This document shows, piece after piece, positions 38,506 to 49,277 of a stretch of 64,000 nt of DNA. Source of the DNA: Blastocystis sp. ATCC 50177/Nand II (taxonomy: Eukaryota); NCBI GenBank assembly GCA_039096935.1, contig JBBPEE010000035.1, positions 434,001 through 498,000 of the forward strand, read 5' to 3'. A program made the position numbers and the translations under genes. Each line of letters starts with the position of its first letter. Position 1 is the stretch's first letter. The notes beneath the pieces were generated by a model, which worked only from the letters and a program-made list of their open reading frames with translations, was not told where the DNA came from and made no database searches.

Positions 38506-40002
38506 TCAGTAGAAACTATCAAACGAGCTGTTCTTGTCCAGCATAATCATATTGTCCTTCTTCTTGGCATCGTCCGTCTCATGCACCACCTCACTGCTGC
38601 TCTTCGCCTCGTCGTTGTCCGACTCGTGCTCGCCCCACTGCATCCGAATGCTGTTCTTCTGCTGGATGCCCATCAGCCGACTCTTCATCTCGTTGATGCG
38701 CTGCTTGCGCGCCAGCTCGTCCAGGTTGTAGGTCTGCGCCAGTCCCGCCTTGGAGGTCTCGCGCAGCGAGTCCTCGATGTCCTCGCCGGTCAGGATCATC
38801 GTCATGATCACCTCGTCGAAGCTGATGATGTGGAACGTGTTCGTCATCAGTGCGTACTGCGCACACTCCAGCGCGCGGCCCGCCGCCATCGCGTTGCGCT
38901 CGATGCACGGCACCTGCACCAGCCCCTTCACCGGGTCGCACGTCAGACCCAGCATGTGCTCGATCGCCATCGACGCCGCGTACTCGATCTGCTCCGTCGA
39001 CCCGCCCATCAGGAACGTCGCCGCGCCCGCCGCCATGGCACACGCCGTGCCCACCTCGGCCTGGCAGCCCGCCTCCGCGCCGCTGATGGACGCGTTCACC
39101 TTGGTGATGTTGCCGATCACGCCCGCCACCGCCAGCGCGTCGATCACGTCCTCGTCCGTTACGTCGTCCGTGTGGTGCCGCAAAAAGTACAGCACGCCCG
39201 GCACGATGCCGCACGCGCCGCACGTCGGCGCCGTCACCACCGTCTCGCCGCCCGCGTTGTTCTCCGACACCGCCAGCGTGTACGCGAACAGGTACGCGTT
39301 GCGCTATGCATGAAAAAGGGTTATTATGACGACTCCCATCACTTCGTTGCTGCGCTTGGCGGCGCGGAACATGTCGTGCGCCTTGCGGGGCAGGTTCAGA
39401 CCGCCCTGCAGCACGCCGCGGCCCTGCAGGCCCGACTCCACGCACTTGGACATGGTGTCCCACACCTGCTGGAGATAATCGCGGATCGAATCACCCTCGC
39501 TCTGGTACACGAAATCGCTCAGCTTGTAGCCCGTCTTGCGGCACCAGCGCAGCAGCGCATTCATCGTCGAGTAGTTGTACACTTTGGTGAATGTCTTCTT
39601 GTAGGGACCCTCGATCTTCTCCAGCTCCGAGTCGATCACGATCGCACCACCACCGACGCTGTAGTACGTCTCCTGACCGATCTCCTTCTCTCCCTTCATG
39701 GCCTTGATGGTCATGCCGTTGACGTGGAAGGTCAGCGTCTCGTTGGGTCTCCAGATGAACGTCACCTTCTTCGGCTTCAGCTCGTTCTCGATAGCCACAT
39801 CGGTCATATGACCCTTTCCAGTCGCGGCCAATGAGCCGTATAAAACAACAATGTAATTGTCGGCTTCAGAGCCGTACAGACTCCTGAACATCTTGGCCGC
39901 ATTAGAGGGACCCATGGTGTGGGAGCTGGAGGGTCCGTGGCCAATTCTATGCATCACGCAGTCATGGCAGAGATACCTAAACAACTCACGAAGAGAGGGC
40001 AT
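38506..40002 (-). CDS. sdaA: [4Fe-4S] L-serine dehydratase, bacterial single-chain type
   Basis: IGHGPSSSHTMGP, LYGSLAATGKGH, VVTAPTCGACG, SISGAEAGCQAEVG and LGLTCDPVKGLVQVPCIERN; two 30-nt introns; the start may lie further upstream. Confidence 0.93.
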
Positions 40003-40316
40003 GCCATCGGAGTCAAACGGCGAGCTATAGTACACGTGGGAGTTTCCCTAGAGCTAGTTACCCAACGACAGTGCATACTTTCTTCGAGATAATCCGAATA
40101 TGCGATGAAGTGCGCTTCTACACATGACTCTCCCGAATGGCTCAAATCACCATATCGGATTGCGTATTGATTTCGTCTTCCTCTTTGGGGATGCTAGCGT
40201 CGATATTCATGTTTAAAATGAGAAAAAGACGGAAGATTCCCCGTTTCTCTGGAAGGCAATTGCTCCAACAAACAACCCAACCATGATGAGCAAATGGTGA
40301 CAAGGAAGAGTGAAAC

Positions 40317-41314
40317 TTAGATATTGTTGGCCTTCAGTCTTCTCACAGCATCTCCAATGCGGTGCTACGCCTCAAACCACCTCTCGAAGCCCTACCTGAG
40401 CGGAGTTGGCCATCTCGATGTTGGGGTTAATCGCCAGCACGTTACGAATATCCTCAAGAGCAGAGCGGTATCTCTCCAGATTCTCGTAGGCGAGTCCACG
40501 GCGGAGAAGAGCCTTCACGTTCTTGGGCTATGCCTCACATCTCCACACTGCTTCCACGTCGTGCTCGAGCACCCAGGTCGTGTCGCCCACCACGCTCTCG
40601 TAATCTCCCAGCTGCTGGTAGCAGGCAGAGCGGTTGTTGTAGCAGGCAATCAGCGTATCGTTGCACTCACCCTCCGCAACGCTCTCGATAGCCTTCGTGT
40701 ACTACCAATCATCCTTGCTCTCCGTCGCCTACAGCCTTGATGGCGTCGGGGAACTTGCTGTTCTTGAACAGCTCGTTACCCTCGGCCTTGTAGCGATCCA
40801 GAGGGGGCATGCGGTTGATCTCTCTTTCTCTCATCTCCTTGGCCTAGACGTGAACATCGCGGAGCAGCCTCACCTTCGGCTCAGCAATTCTGAGAAGAGC
40901 GAGGAGATTCGGATCATTTGAGTTGTACTTCAGGCCCTGGTTCAGAATGTCCTCGGCCTCCACGAACTCGCTCTACTCGCTTAGACAAGCACACAACCCG
41001 GACCAGCTGAATCATGGCGTTGGCAGCTCTGTGGTATCCCTTAAGGAACTCCTTGTTCAGACGGATGCACTCCAGGCCGTCCTTCTTCGCCTCGCGCCAC
41101 ATGCTGAGGCCAGAGTACGCCATAGCACGGTTGGAGTACAGGATGTGGTTGGTGGGGTCAGCCTCAATAGCCTACGAGCGGGCGGTGAGATACACAGGTG
41201 CACAACGACCTATAAAGCACTTACTTCAGTGTAACACTTGATGGCCTCCTTATACATCTTCTTGGCATAGAAGGCGTTTCCTTCAGCTTTCTTGGCAGCA
41301 GCAACAGATGACAT
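40317..41314 (-). CDS. STI1: STI1/HOP-like TPR co-chaperone
   Basis: KAEGNAFY, HILYSNRAMA, KGYHRAA; second TPR set KAEGNELFK. Confidence 0.82.
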
Positions 41315-41368
41315 GGTTGGATAGTGGTTAATATGGACAGTAATAGCCCGCTCCAGAAAACTCTCCTT

Positions 41369-41383
41369 TTTCTAGAATCTTCC
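41369..41383. promoter_or_regulatory. Heat-shock element (3 inverted nGAAn units) upstream of STI1/HOP
   Basis: tTTCtaGAAtcTTCc about 55 bp 5' of the STI1 ATG (41314). Confidence 0.75.
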
Positions 41384-41809
41384 AAACCGGATAGAAACCC
41401 TACAATCCCTCTCCATCATGCTATTCATGTTGTACACTGCGCATTGGACTGTCTTCCGGAACAAGGCACACAATTGGAACTGACGCCTCCAAGGCACATT
41501 CGTTCTATTGGAAATGGTGTAGTGAAACGTACTGCATGGATAGCACGTGATGTATTGTCATTAGACTGAAATGATCGGAAAATGGATTGTGTGGAACCAC
41601 TACACATCTGTAATCACGCTGGTCATCATTTGATCGCAACCAGCTCAATAGGGATCGAATAATGAGGCAAACCATCTCGGCGGATTTGATGCACGGCAGA
41701 ATACCCAAATGCGGGCATAACAGCGTGCCTCAAATCCGCTAATACGTTGAACAGTTGATAGTGGATTCTCACATTTCTTTTTTACCCGCCTATCTTTCGA
41801 TTTGATATT

Positions 41810-42869
41810 ATGGCCGATTGCTCGGAAGTCGCGAAATCCCCAGCTTATAAGAAGATCCTCGATGATAACGATCTGACCAGCTGGTAGCGGATCCTGGGAG
41901 GAATCTGAGCGCGTAGGATTGTTTGTGATATCGAGGGCTTTGGAAAGCTCGTGGTGGACTCTTTCGGCGAGGGTGGCTATGATGAGTGCATCAAGCATCT
42001 CGACCCCAAGAAGGTAAGATATAGAGGATGAGAATCATGGATAGTGCCAGTTTGCCCTGATTGAGGTAATCGGCGTGGAGAACAAGTCCGCTGTGACCAG
42101 CAGACGCGCCAAGTTCGTGTTCATCTCGTGGGTAGGTCTGGAGACGCCCATCATCGAGCGCGCGAAGGTGAGCACCATCTCGTCTATGGTGCGCGAGTTC
42201 TTCACCGTAGGATCGCTGAAGTGTGATGAGCGGTAGAGAGCCCATATCGACCTGCAGGTGAACACGCTCGAGGAGATGACGAAGGAGATCATCATCAAGG
42301 AGCTGGACCGTGCGGCGGGCAGCCACGCGTGCGACGAGTACATCTTCGACATCACGGCGGAGGACATCGACTTCACGGGCCACGAGGACGAGGTGAAGGA
42401 GAGCACGGCGAACTTCGAGGACCTGTGGGAGGACTTCAAGAAGCAGGACTCCACGGTGAACTGGATCCTGTGCCAGCTGGCGAAGGACGAGTCGCTGTCG
42501 GTGTTCGGATATGGCAGCAACGGCTTCCAGGAGATGGTGGACAAGCTGGACGACAACGAGGTGCTGTACGGCATCTTCAAGGTGATCGCCTACAACAAGG
42601 CGGGCACCTGCACCTCCGTGCGCGAGCGCTTCGTGTTCCTCACCTGGGTGCCCGACAACGCGCCCGTGTTCGCGAGAGCGCGCGTGGCGACGCACAAGCA
42701 GGTGCTGCTGAGCAAGCTGCAGACGTACCACGCGGAGATCCGCGCGGAGAGCAAGGAGGACATCACGCGCGAGGACATCGTCAGCGTGCTGGACCGCTCC
42801 TGCGGCTCCCACAAGCCCCAGAAGTACATTTTCGGACCTGGCGACGAAGTCGTCTGCCAGGAAGACTAA
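41810..42869 (+). CDS. Tandem ADF-H (coactosin-like) actin-binding protein
   Basis: RRAKFVFISWVG and RERFVFLTWVP...RARVATHK in two repeats. Confidence 0.85.
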
Positions 42870-42936
42870 CTCTGCTAGTGAATTGTTGTTCCATATAGTC
42901 CTCTGTTTGGTTCGCACACTCTCCTCTTCTTGCGCC

Positions 42937-45301
42937 ATGGGAAAGAGCATCCGCGTCTTGGTTGTGGGAGACCGTAGCGCTTCTCCGGAAGGGTGATGCG
43001 TAGCACGTGTGGGCAAAACGTCCATCATATCCACCTTCGTGTCCGACACCTTTCCGCAGAACGTGGACCCCGTTCTTTGCGAAGTGGTCATTCCCACGGA
43101 AATCGCAGCCAACTATTCTTCTCTTGTCATCGTTGATTCTTCTTGTGTGTTGCTCACTGAGTTAATCATGTTGTAGCCTTGGAAACGGACCATGTTGTTA
43201 CCTGTGAGCAAATAAGACTTGTTCGTTGTGCATTTAATTATTTATATGCAGGCCGATGTAGTCGTCATCGTTTACTCCCTCGACAACACGTCTTCCTGGG
43301 AGAGCGTGAAAACGAAGTGGATTCCCCTCGTCATCGAGCAGGGAGGCAACCACGTTCTCGTTGCTGTGCGAATCGATGAATAGAAGCCGATGGTGATTGT
43401 GGGGAACAAGCTGGATGTCCAGCGCAACCCCGTGACGGTGAACCGATCCACCCATTTATTGGACCGATCCACGCCCATCCTGCAAGAATACCCCGTTTGG
43501 TCCCTCTCCTCTTAGTATTCATAGAGCGTGGACTGTGTGATGGAGTGCAGCGCCGCCACGCGCCAGAACGTCCGCGATGTCTTCTACACCGCGCAGCGCG
43601 TGATTGCCTTCCCCATCGCTCCGCTCTTCAACCGCGCCACGCAGACCTTCACCGACCCCTTCAGCCGCATCCTCTGCCGCGTGTTCCGCTTCTTCGACCG
43701 CGACCAGGACGGGCTCTGGAGCGTGGCGGAGCTGAACCGCTTTGAGGTTTTGCCTCTTCTCTCTTTTCCCCGCTAGAAGCACTGTTTCGCCACCACTCTC
43801 GCCGAGGACGAGATCCGCTCGCTCCTGCACTTCCTCCGCAGCGACAGCGACGTCAATCTTCGCAGCGACGGCGACGCCAATCTCCGCACCACGGCGCAGC
43901 ACGAGCCCGCCGTCACCGAGCAGGGCTTCTTGGCGCTGCTGCGCCTGTTTCTGACGCGCGACCGCGCCGAGAGCTGTTGGGTGATGCTGCACGCACTGGG
44001 GTGGGCGCGGCGCGGCGGCGTGAGGCGTAGCTACAACGAGGCGCTGCAGTGGGAGGTACAGCCGCAGCACATCACGCTGCCCGCACGGCGGAACCCGGTG
44101 GAGTGGAGTCGGGAGGGTCTGGAGTTTTTGTACCGCGTGGCTGTCGGCGTGGCGCGTGAGGCGTAGCTGGCCCGTCGCTACGACGCGGACGGCGACGGCG
44201 TGCTGACGGCCGCGGACCTGGAGCGCCTGTTCCTGCCGCTGCCCGACGCCACGCCCGTGTGGGACGCTTGCACCTCGCTCTTGTGCTGGCTCTTGTGCTG
44301 CATCACGCCTAGCATCGCGCCGCCGTACCCCGACAACGTGGCGCTGACGGCGACGGGCGGACTGCCCATCGACGCGTTCCTGGGCCTGTGGTGCCTGTTG
44401 CTGCGCTACGAGCGCGCGCGCACGGTGTACGCGGTGCTGCAGCTGGGCTACTGGCGCGACGCGCAGTCGCTGGTGCGGTGGGCGGAGCCGGGCGACGAGC
44501 GGCAGACGGTGCACTGCTGCGTGGTGGGCAAGGACGGCATTGGGAAGGTGGGCGTGGCGTGAGGAGGTGAGAGCTAGCACGCCTTCATTCACCGCATGAA
44601 GGGTTCGGAGGTGAGGGAGAACGAGATGGACGGTCTGATCGAGACCACCCTGTGCGTGGTCCCTCACGAGGAGGAGTGGGACCCCAAGGATTTGAGGTTC
44701 CTGATCGTGGGCGAGAGTGGGGGCGGTGAGCGGTAGTGCACGGAGGTGAGCGAGCTGAACAGCGACGGGCTGTGGCAGTGCATCGAGGCCTGCGACCTGT
44801 GCGGTGGGCGTGGCGAAGCAGGCTGAGGCGTAGTGTTGCTGTTCGACGCCAGTTGTTGCGAGTCCTTCGCCTACTGCTGCAACATCCAGGTAGGCGCGAC
44901 GGTGGTGCGTGAGGCGAAGTCGCAGCTGCAGAAGAAGGGCATGTTCTTCGTGGCGGTGGAGAAGGCAGGCGAGACGGAGCTGCTCCGCCAGGTCGCGCAG
45001 CACTGCAAGCGGTTCTCGTTGCCGGAGCCGGGCGTGTTGGTGGATGGAGCGGAATTGCAGGGAACGATCAAGGAGCTGAAGAAGGTGCTGTTCCACTTGA
45101 GCGTGAATCCGTTGCTGTGGAGGGGAGAAGTGAGATGTAGCGAGTTGTGCACGCCCATCTCGGAGGAGGAGAGGCGGAAGAGGAAACGAACCGTCGCTCT
45201 GACCACGGCCGGCGTCTCTGTGGCTGTGGGAGGTGGCTCGAGGAAAAGGCACATGAGGTGTAGTTTTGGCGGGTCTTCTTCTTCGTCTTCACAGGCAATA
45301 A
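42937..45301 (+). CDS. RHOT: Mitochondrial Rho GTPase Miro
   Basis: IRVLVVGD..VGKTSIISTF, IVGNKLD, ECSA, VFYTAQRVIAFPIAPLF, EF-hand RFFDRDQDG, second GTPase domain and C-terminal TM. Confidence 0.92.
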
Positions 45302-46353
45302 GTGTTTCATTCGTTGCTGTGTTTGTTGGAGAAAAGGGGGTTTGCTTGACTAGGGATGCACTCACAGGACAAGCCAGTCTGCTCAATGGATGGTCAAGTA
45401 TGCTGCTACATCACCAGGGGTAAACAAGGTGAGTGTGTAACCGCCAATAATAATGCGATCATGCCTATGACAACACCGTTCCGCATCATTACGGTGATTA
45501 GTGTGTACTGGATCGTGTCTTGGGAGGCGATTTTCTTGAACAAGTGGGCCACATGCGTTCTTCTCCGCTCTAATCCCCTAGATTTATCTACAGTCACATG
45601 GACGGTGGATGCTCCATTCCCTACTTCCTTACGCTGATCCAGTTTGTATCGCCCGTGCTTCTTCTCCGTGTTGTATCTTTACTAAACAAGCATGTGCTAA
45701 AGACGGAGTGGTTGCCGTCGTTTTCGTAGAATCGTGATTTGCTGTCTGAAGTGCAGGTTTTCGCCCAGAATGGCTCTGAGGTTATTTCCCGTTTCCTTTT
45801 TCTTTTGCGCTACTGTCACGCTCAGCAATTTTTGCTTGAAGTACGTTGAAGTTTCATTCTACCAGATTTCTCGCTCCTTGGGCATTCCCATTATTCCCAT
45901 TATCAAGTGCTTGTAGCCAATCCTCCTGATGGTTAGTTACATCGCTTTTGGAGAGCGTTCATCCATTCAGACAATCCTCTCGTGTTGCGTTATCGTAATC
46001 GGATACATCGAGGGAATTGAAGGGGAATTACACTTTTCGCGCATTGGCACTCTCTTTGGACTCGCCGCCAGTACGATGGGTTCTCTGTACACGATTTTCG
46101 TCCACCGCTATCTTAAGAATGCGGTGTGCACGCACTGGGAGCTCTGCTACTACAACAACCTAGTTGGCTGTCTTCTCATTCCCATTGTTGGTGTGGCGAG
46201 TGGCGAGTATGCCGTATTTGTTCACAACCGTGATCGGATCAGCTCATCCTATTTGTTGTGGAGTGCTTTGGGTGAGAATGCCGTTGTGGTGTCATGATTA
46301 GCTGGATTCGTTGGTTTGGTTGTTGGTTTAGCTACGCAGTATCAGATCAAGTA

Positions 46354-47186
46354 AAGTAGTGGCACAAACCCCTGAAATGGCACAAACCCCGGAACGACCA
46401 CCGGCGAAACGCCCACTACCCTGCCCAATGGATAGTACATGAAGAGTTATTAGGGTTAAGCCATAGATAGTCAAGAGCTCCTATGGAAGAATCTGGAGAA
46501 AAACGGTCCTCAAATCTCATTGGTCGACCGTATCTTTCGTCATTTCTCCCCCACAAGGCCTATTTCTTCAAACCCTTTTGCATTTTCTTTGTGTTTACAA
46601 CAAAACACTATCACACCGAATTTGGCCAGGCTCAGAACAGCTTCACTCCCGTCAATCGCGATTTCCGGCAATTGCGGCGTTCTTCGTTCTTCTCCGGCAG
46701 CTGAGCTAGGATGGAGGAGTGGTCATCAGAAAGCAGTGTCGTTCGCTTCCAGGCCTGCAGGATGTTGCTTCTTGTGAAGGCATCCGAAAAGGCGTTTCTA
46801 GAAGCATCGAGCACGGCTTCTATCCCGTTGCTCTTGCAGTACTCCTTGAGGTGGGTCTTATAGGGACTATAGATCCCCACGTCCAGGGGTTGGAGGAGAG
46901 CAGTGGTCTTCGCAGGCAGGATGACCATATGGATGTTTTCACTTCTTAAAGCTCGCTCCACAGCCTTGTCATACCGACTTGCGTGCGCATCTGCTATTAT
47001 CAGGGCATGTCTATCCTTGTTGTTGCCTCTGATCTGATTTACCGCGGGAATCAGCAGATCGCGCATCCACCGAGCTAAGCTCTCATTGCTCATCCAACCC
47101 TTCGCGGACTGGGCAATGTAGTTATTATCCAAATGAATCTTCTCCAGAATCGGCGCGAGGCGCTTTCTGGGAGGGATAATGTAATA
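46354..47186 (-). mobile_element. 833-bp tandem duplicate of the transposon 3' end (TIR plus C-terminal transposase half)
   Basis: Appears identical to 47187-48019; the ORF track repeats at an offset of 833; the junction falls on TA 47185-47186. Confidence 0.92.
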
Positions 47187-47464
47187 AAGTAGTGGCACAA
47201 ACCCCTGAAATGGCACAAACCCCGGAACGACCACCGGCGAAACGCCCACTACCCTGCCCAATGGATAGTACATGAAGAGTTATTAGGGTTAAGCCATAGA
47301 TAGTCAAGAGCTCCTATGGAAGAATCTGGAGAAAAACGGTCCTCAAATCTCATTGGTCGACCGTATCTTTCGTCATTTCTCCCCCACAAGGCCTATTTCT
47401 TCAAACCCTTTTGCATTTTCTTTGTGTTTACAACAAAACACTATCACACCGAATTTGGCCAGGC

Positions 47465-48712
47465 TCAGAACAGCTTCACTCCCGTCAATCGCGATTTCCG
47501 GCAATTGCGGCGTTCTTCGTTCTTCTCCGGCAGCTGAGCTAGGATGGAGGAGTGGTCATCAGAAAGCAGTGTCGTTCGCTTCCAGGCCTGCAGGATGTTG
47601 CTTCTTGTGAAGGCATCCGAAAAGGCGTTTCTAGAAGCATCGAGCACGGCTTCTATCCCGTTGCTCTTGCAGTACTCCTTGAGGTGGGTCTTATAGGGAC
47701 TATAGATCCCCACGTCCAGGGGTTGGAGGAGAGCAGTGGTCTTCGCAGGCAGGATGACCATATGGATGTTTTCACTTCTTAAAGCTCGCTCCACAGCCTT
47801 GTCATACCGACTTGCGTGCGCATCTGCTATTATCAGGGCATGTCTATCCTTGTTGTTGCCTCTGATCTGATTTACCGCGGGAATCAGCAGATCGCGCATC
47901 CACCGAGCTAAGCTCTCATTGCTCATCCAACCCTTCGCGGACTGGGCAATGTAGTTATTATCCAAATGAATCTTCTCCAGAATCGGCGCGAGGCGCTTTC
48001 TGGGAGGGATAATGTAATACTCGGGTAATGCCAGACCCGCCCCCGAGATACAGCCTACCAGAGTATAGTGCTCTCTCGGATTGCCCTGCTTCTTGGTAGG
48101 GATATCCCCACGGGCATGAGCTACTTTACAGCGCGGCGCCTTGTCCTGGGGCGAGATCCACGATTCGTCAAAATTGAAAACAAGATCAGGTGTAATTCCG
48201 TACTCTTTCAGAACCTTACCCACGAGAGCGAAGAACTCGCTCGCCTCATCAATGGATAGTAGTTTCTTAGTAGTATAGGAATTGCAACACTTATCCAGCA
48301 AAAGCCCCCCCTCCCCCAAGATTTTGCGAATGTACCCTCTGGACACCAATCTCCGGTTATGCAAAACGGCGGGGCGTTTGGCCCGGACAATGTCCGTAAC
48401 ATACTCGCGCATCTCCTTCATAGTTGCACAATTACCCTCATGGGACTTGCACTCCACCCAGTCCCAAAATTCGACCTTTTCCACATCTCGAAGATAGGGT
48501 GGTCTCCCGTTGCGCCCAACCTCCCTCCCCTCTTTCATCGCATTCACTGCACTATAGTAGGATGATTTGGAGAGTTTCAGTTTCTTCTGAAGAAGTTGAT
48601 TGGAATCGACATCATCGCAATTCACATCGCCGCTCAGCCGTTTGATGGCGCTGAACTTCTTTCTGGGTGAGGTTTGATTCCTCACTTCACTCCTTGCAAA
48701 CACGCGGTTCAT
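47465..48712 (-). CDS. DDE_1 transposase (DD35D), intronless, ~415 aa
   Basis: GRPPYL/HTH region, FNFDES, IIADAHASR and LLQPLDVG; 35 residues between the 2nd and 3rd Asp. Confidence 0.95.
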   Translation of the reverse strand: MNRVFARSEVRNQTSPRKKFSAIKRLSGDVNCDDVDSNQLLQKKLKLSKSSYYSAVNAMKEGREVGRNGRPPYLRDVEKVEFWDWVECKSHEGNCATMKEMREYVTDIVRAKRPAVLHNRRLVSRGYIRKILGEGGLLLDKCCNSYTTKKLLSIDEASEFFALVGKVLKEYGITPDLVFNFDESWISPQDKAPRCKVAHARGDIPTKKQGNPREHYTLVGCISGAGLALPEYYIIPPRKRLAPILEKIHLDNNYIAQSAKGWMSNESLARWMRDLLIPAVNQIRGNNKDRHALIIADAHASRYDKAVERALRSENIHMVILPAKTTALLQPLDVGIYSPYKTHLKEYCKSNGIEAVLDASRNAFSDAFTRSNILQAWKRTTLLSDDHSSILAQLPEKNEERRNCRKSRLTGVKLF

Positions 48713-48767
48713 CTCAAAGAAATAATGAAGATTGGCCAAAAAGGTAATGATTTCTGTTATTCGTTTT

Positions 48768-48792
48768 GGAAGATTCTGGAAGATTCTAGAAC
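48768..48792. promoter_or_regulatory. Five-unit heat-shock element upstream of the transposase ORF
   Basis: gGAAgaTTCtgGAAgaTTCtaGAAc, 56-80 bp upstream of the transposase ATG. Confidence 0.7.
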
Positions 48793-49277
48793 ATTTGATT
48801 GAATAAACATGTTTCTTACACTAATACCTATCCACATGAAAATTGGTGAAAAAGAACTAAGAGGTCGTTCCGGGGTTTGTGCCATTTCAGGGGTTTGTGC
48901 CACTACTTTACACCTCCAGCCTTTCCCATAACATTTCTGGCGTGGTAAAGAATTCCATCCAGTCGTTTATGGGCGCCGCTATTTACCACACGTCCATGAC
49001 GCCGCGTGGCATCTGCGGCATTTTGCTGATTGTTGGAGGCTCCATATCCTATGCTGTGGAGCGCATCGGCTCGTTGGCTAGGAATGAGCACTCTTTGAAG
49101 AAGCCTCTTCTCCCCGTTGTATCTCCCTCATAGGAGTAATTGTTTTGCGCTGCCGTGTTTGTTTCGGTCATTCAAGTTCCCAGCTACAGAAATCACTCCT
49201 TTTGCGCGAATAGAGTGTGAAAGAAACAGACAGAGTAATAGCAGCTTCCAACAGAGTTGGTGCGTTCGGTAATCCGC

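Larger units (their letters stand above)
47187..48908 (-). mobile_element. Full-length Tc1/mariner-superfamily (Fot/pogo-like) DNA transposon, 1722 bp
   Basis: Perfect 46-bp TIRs AAGTAGTGGCACAAACCCCTGAAATGGCACAAACCCCGGAACGACC at 47187-47232 and 48863-48908 (third copy 46354-46399); TA on both flanks. Confidence 0.96.
45461..49133 (+). pseudogene. GDP-fucose transporter (SLC35C1-like) interrupted by a transposon
   Basis: VYWIVS..IFLNK, SNFCLKYVEVSFYQISRSL, YYNNL; removing 46354-48910 restores QIKYTSSLSHNISG; with the insertion the frame reads QIK-TAA. Confidence 0.85.

Noticed and set aside
46450..46460. TTAGGGTTA telomere-like motif in the transposon
   Set aside because: Only about 1.5 units; chance
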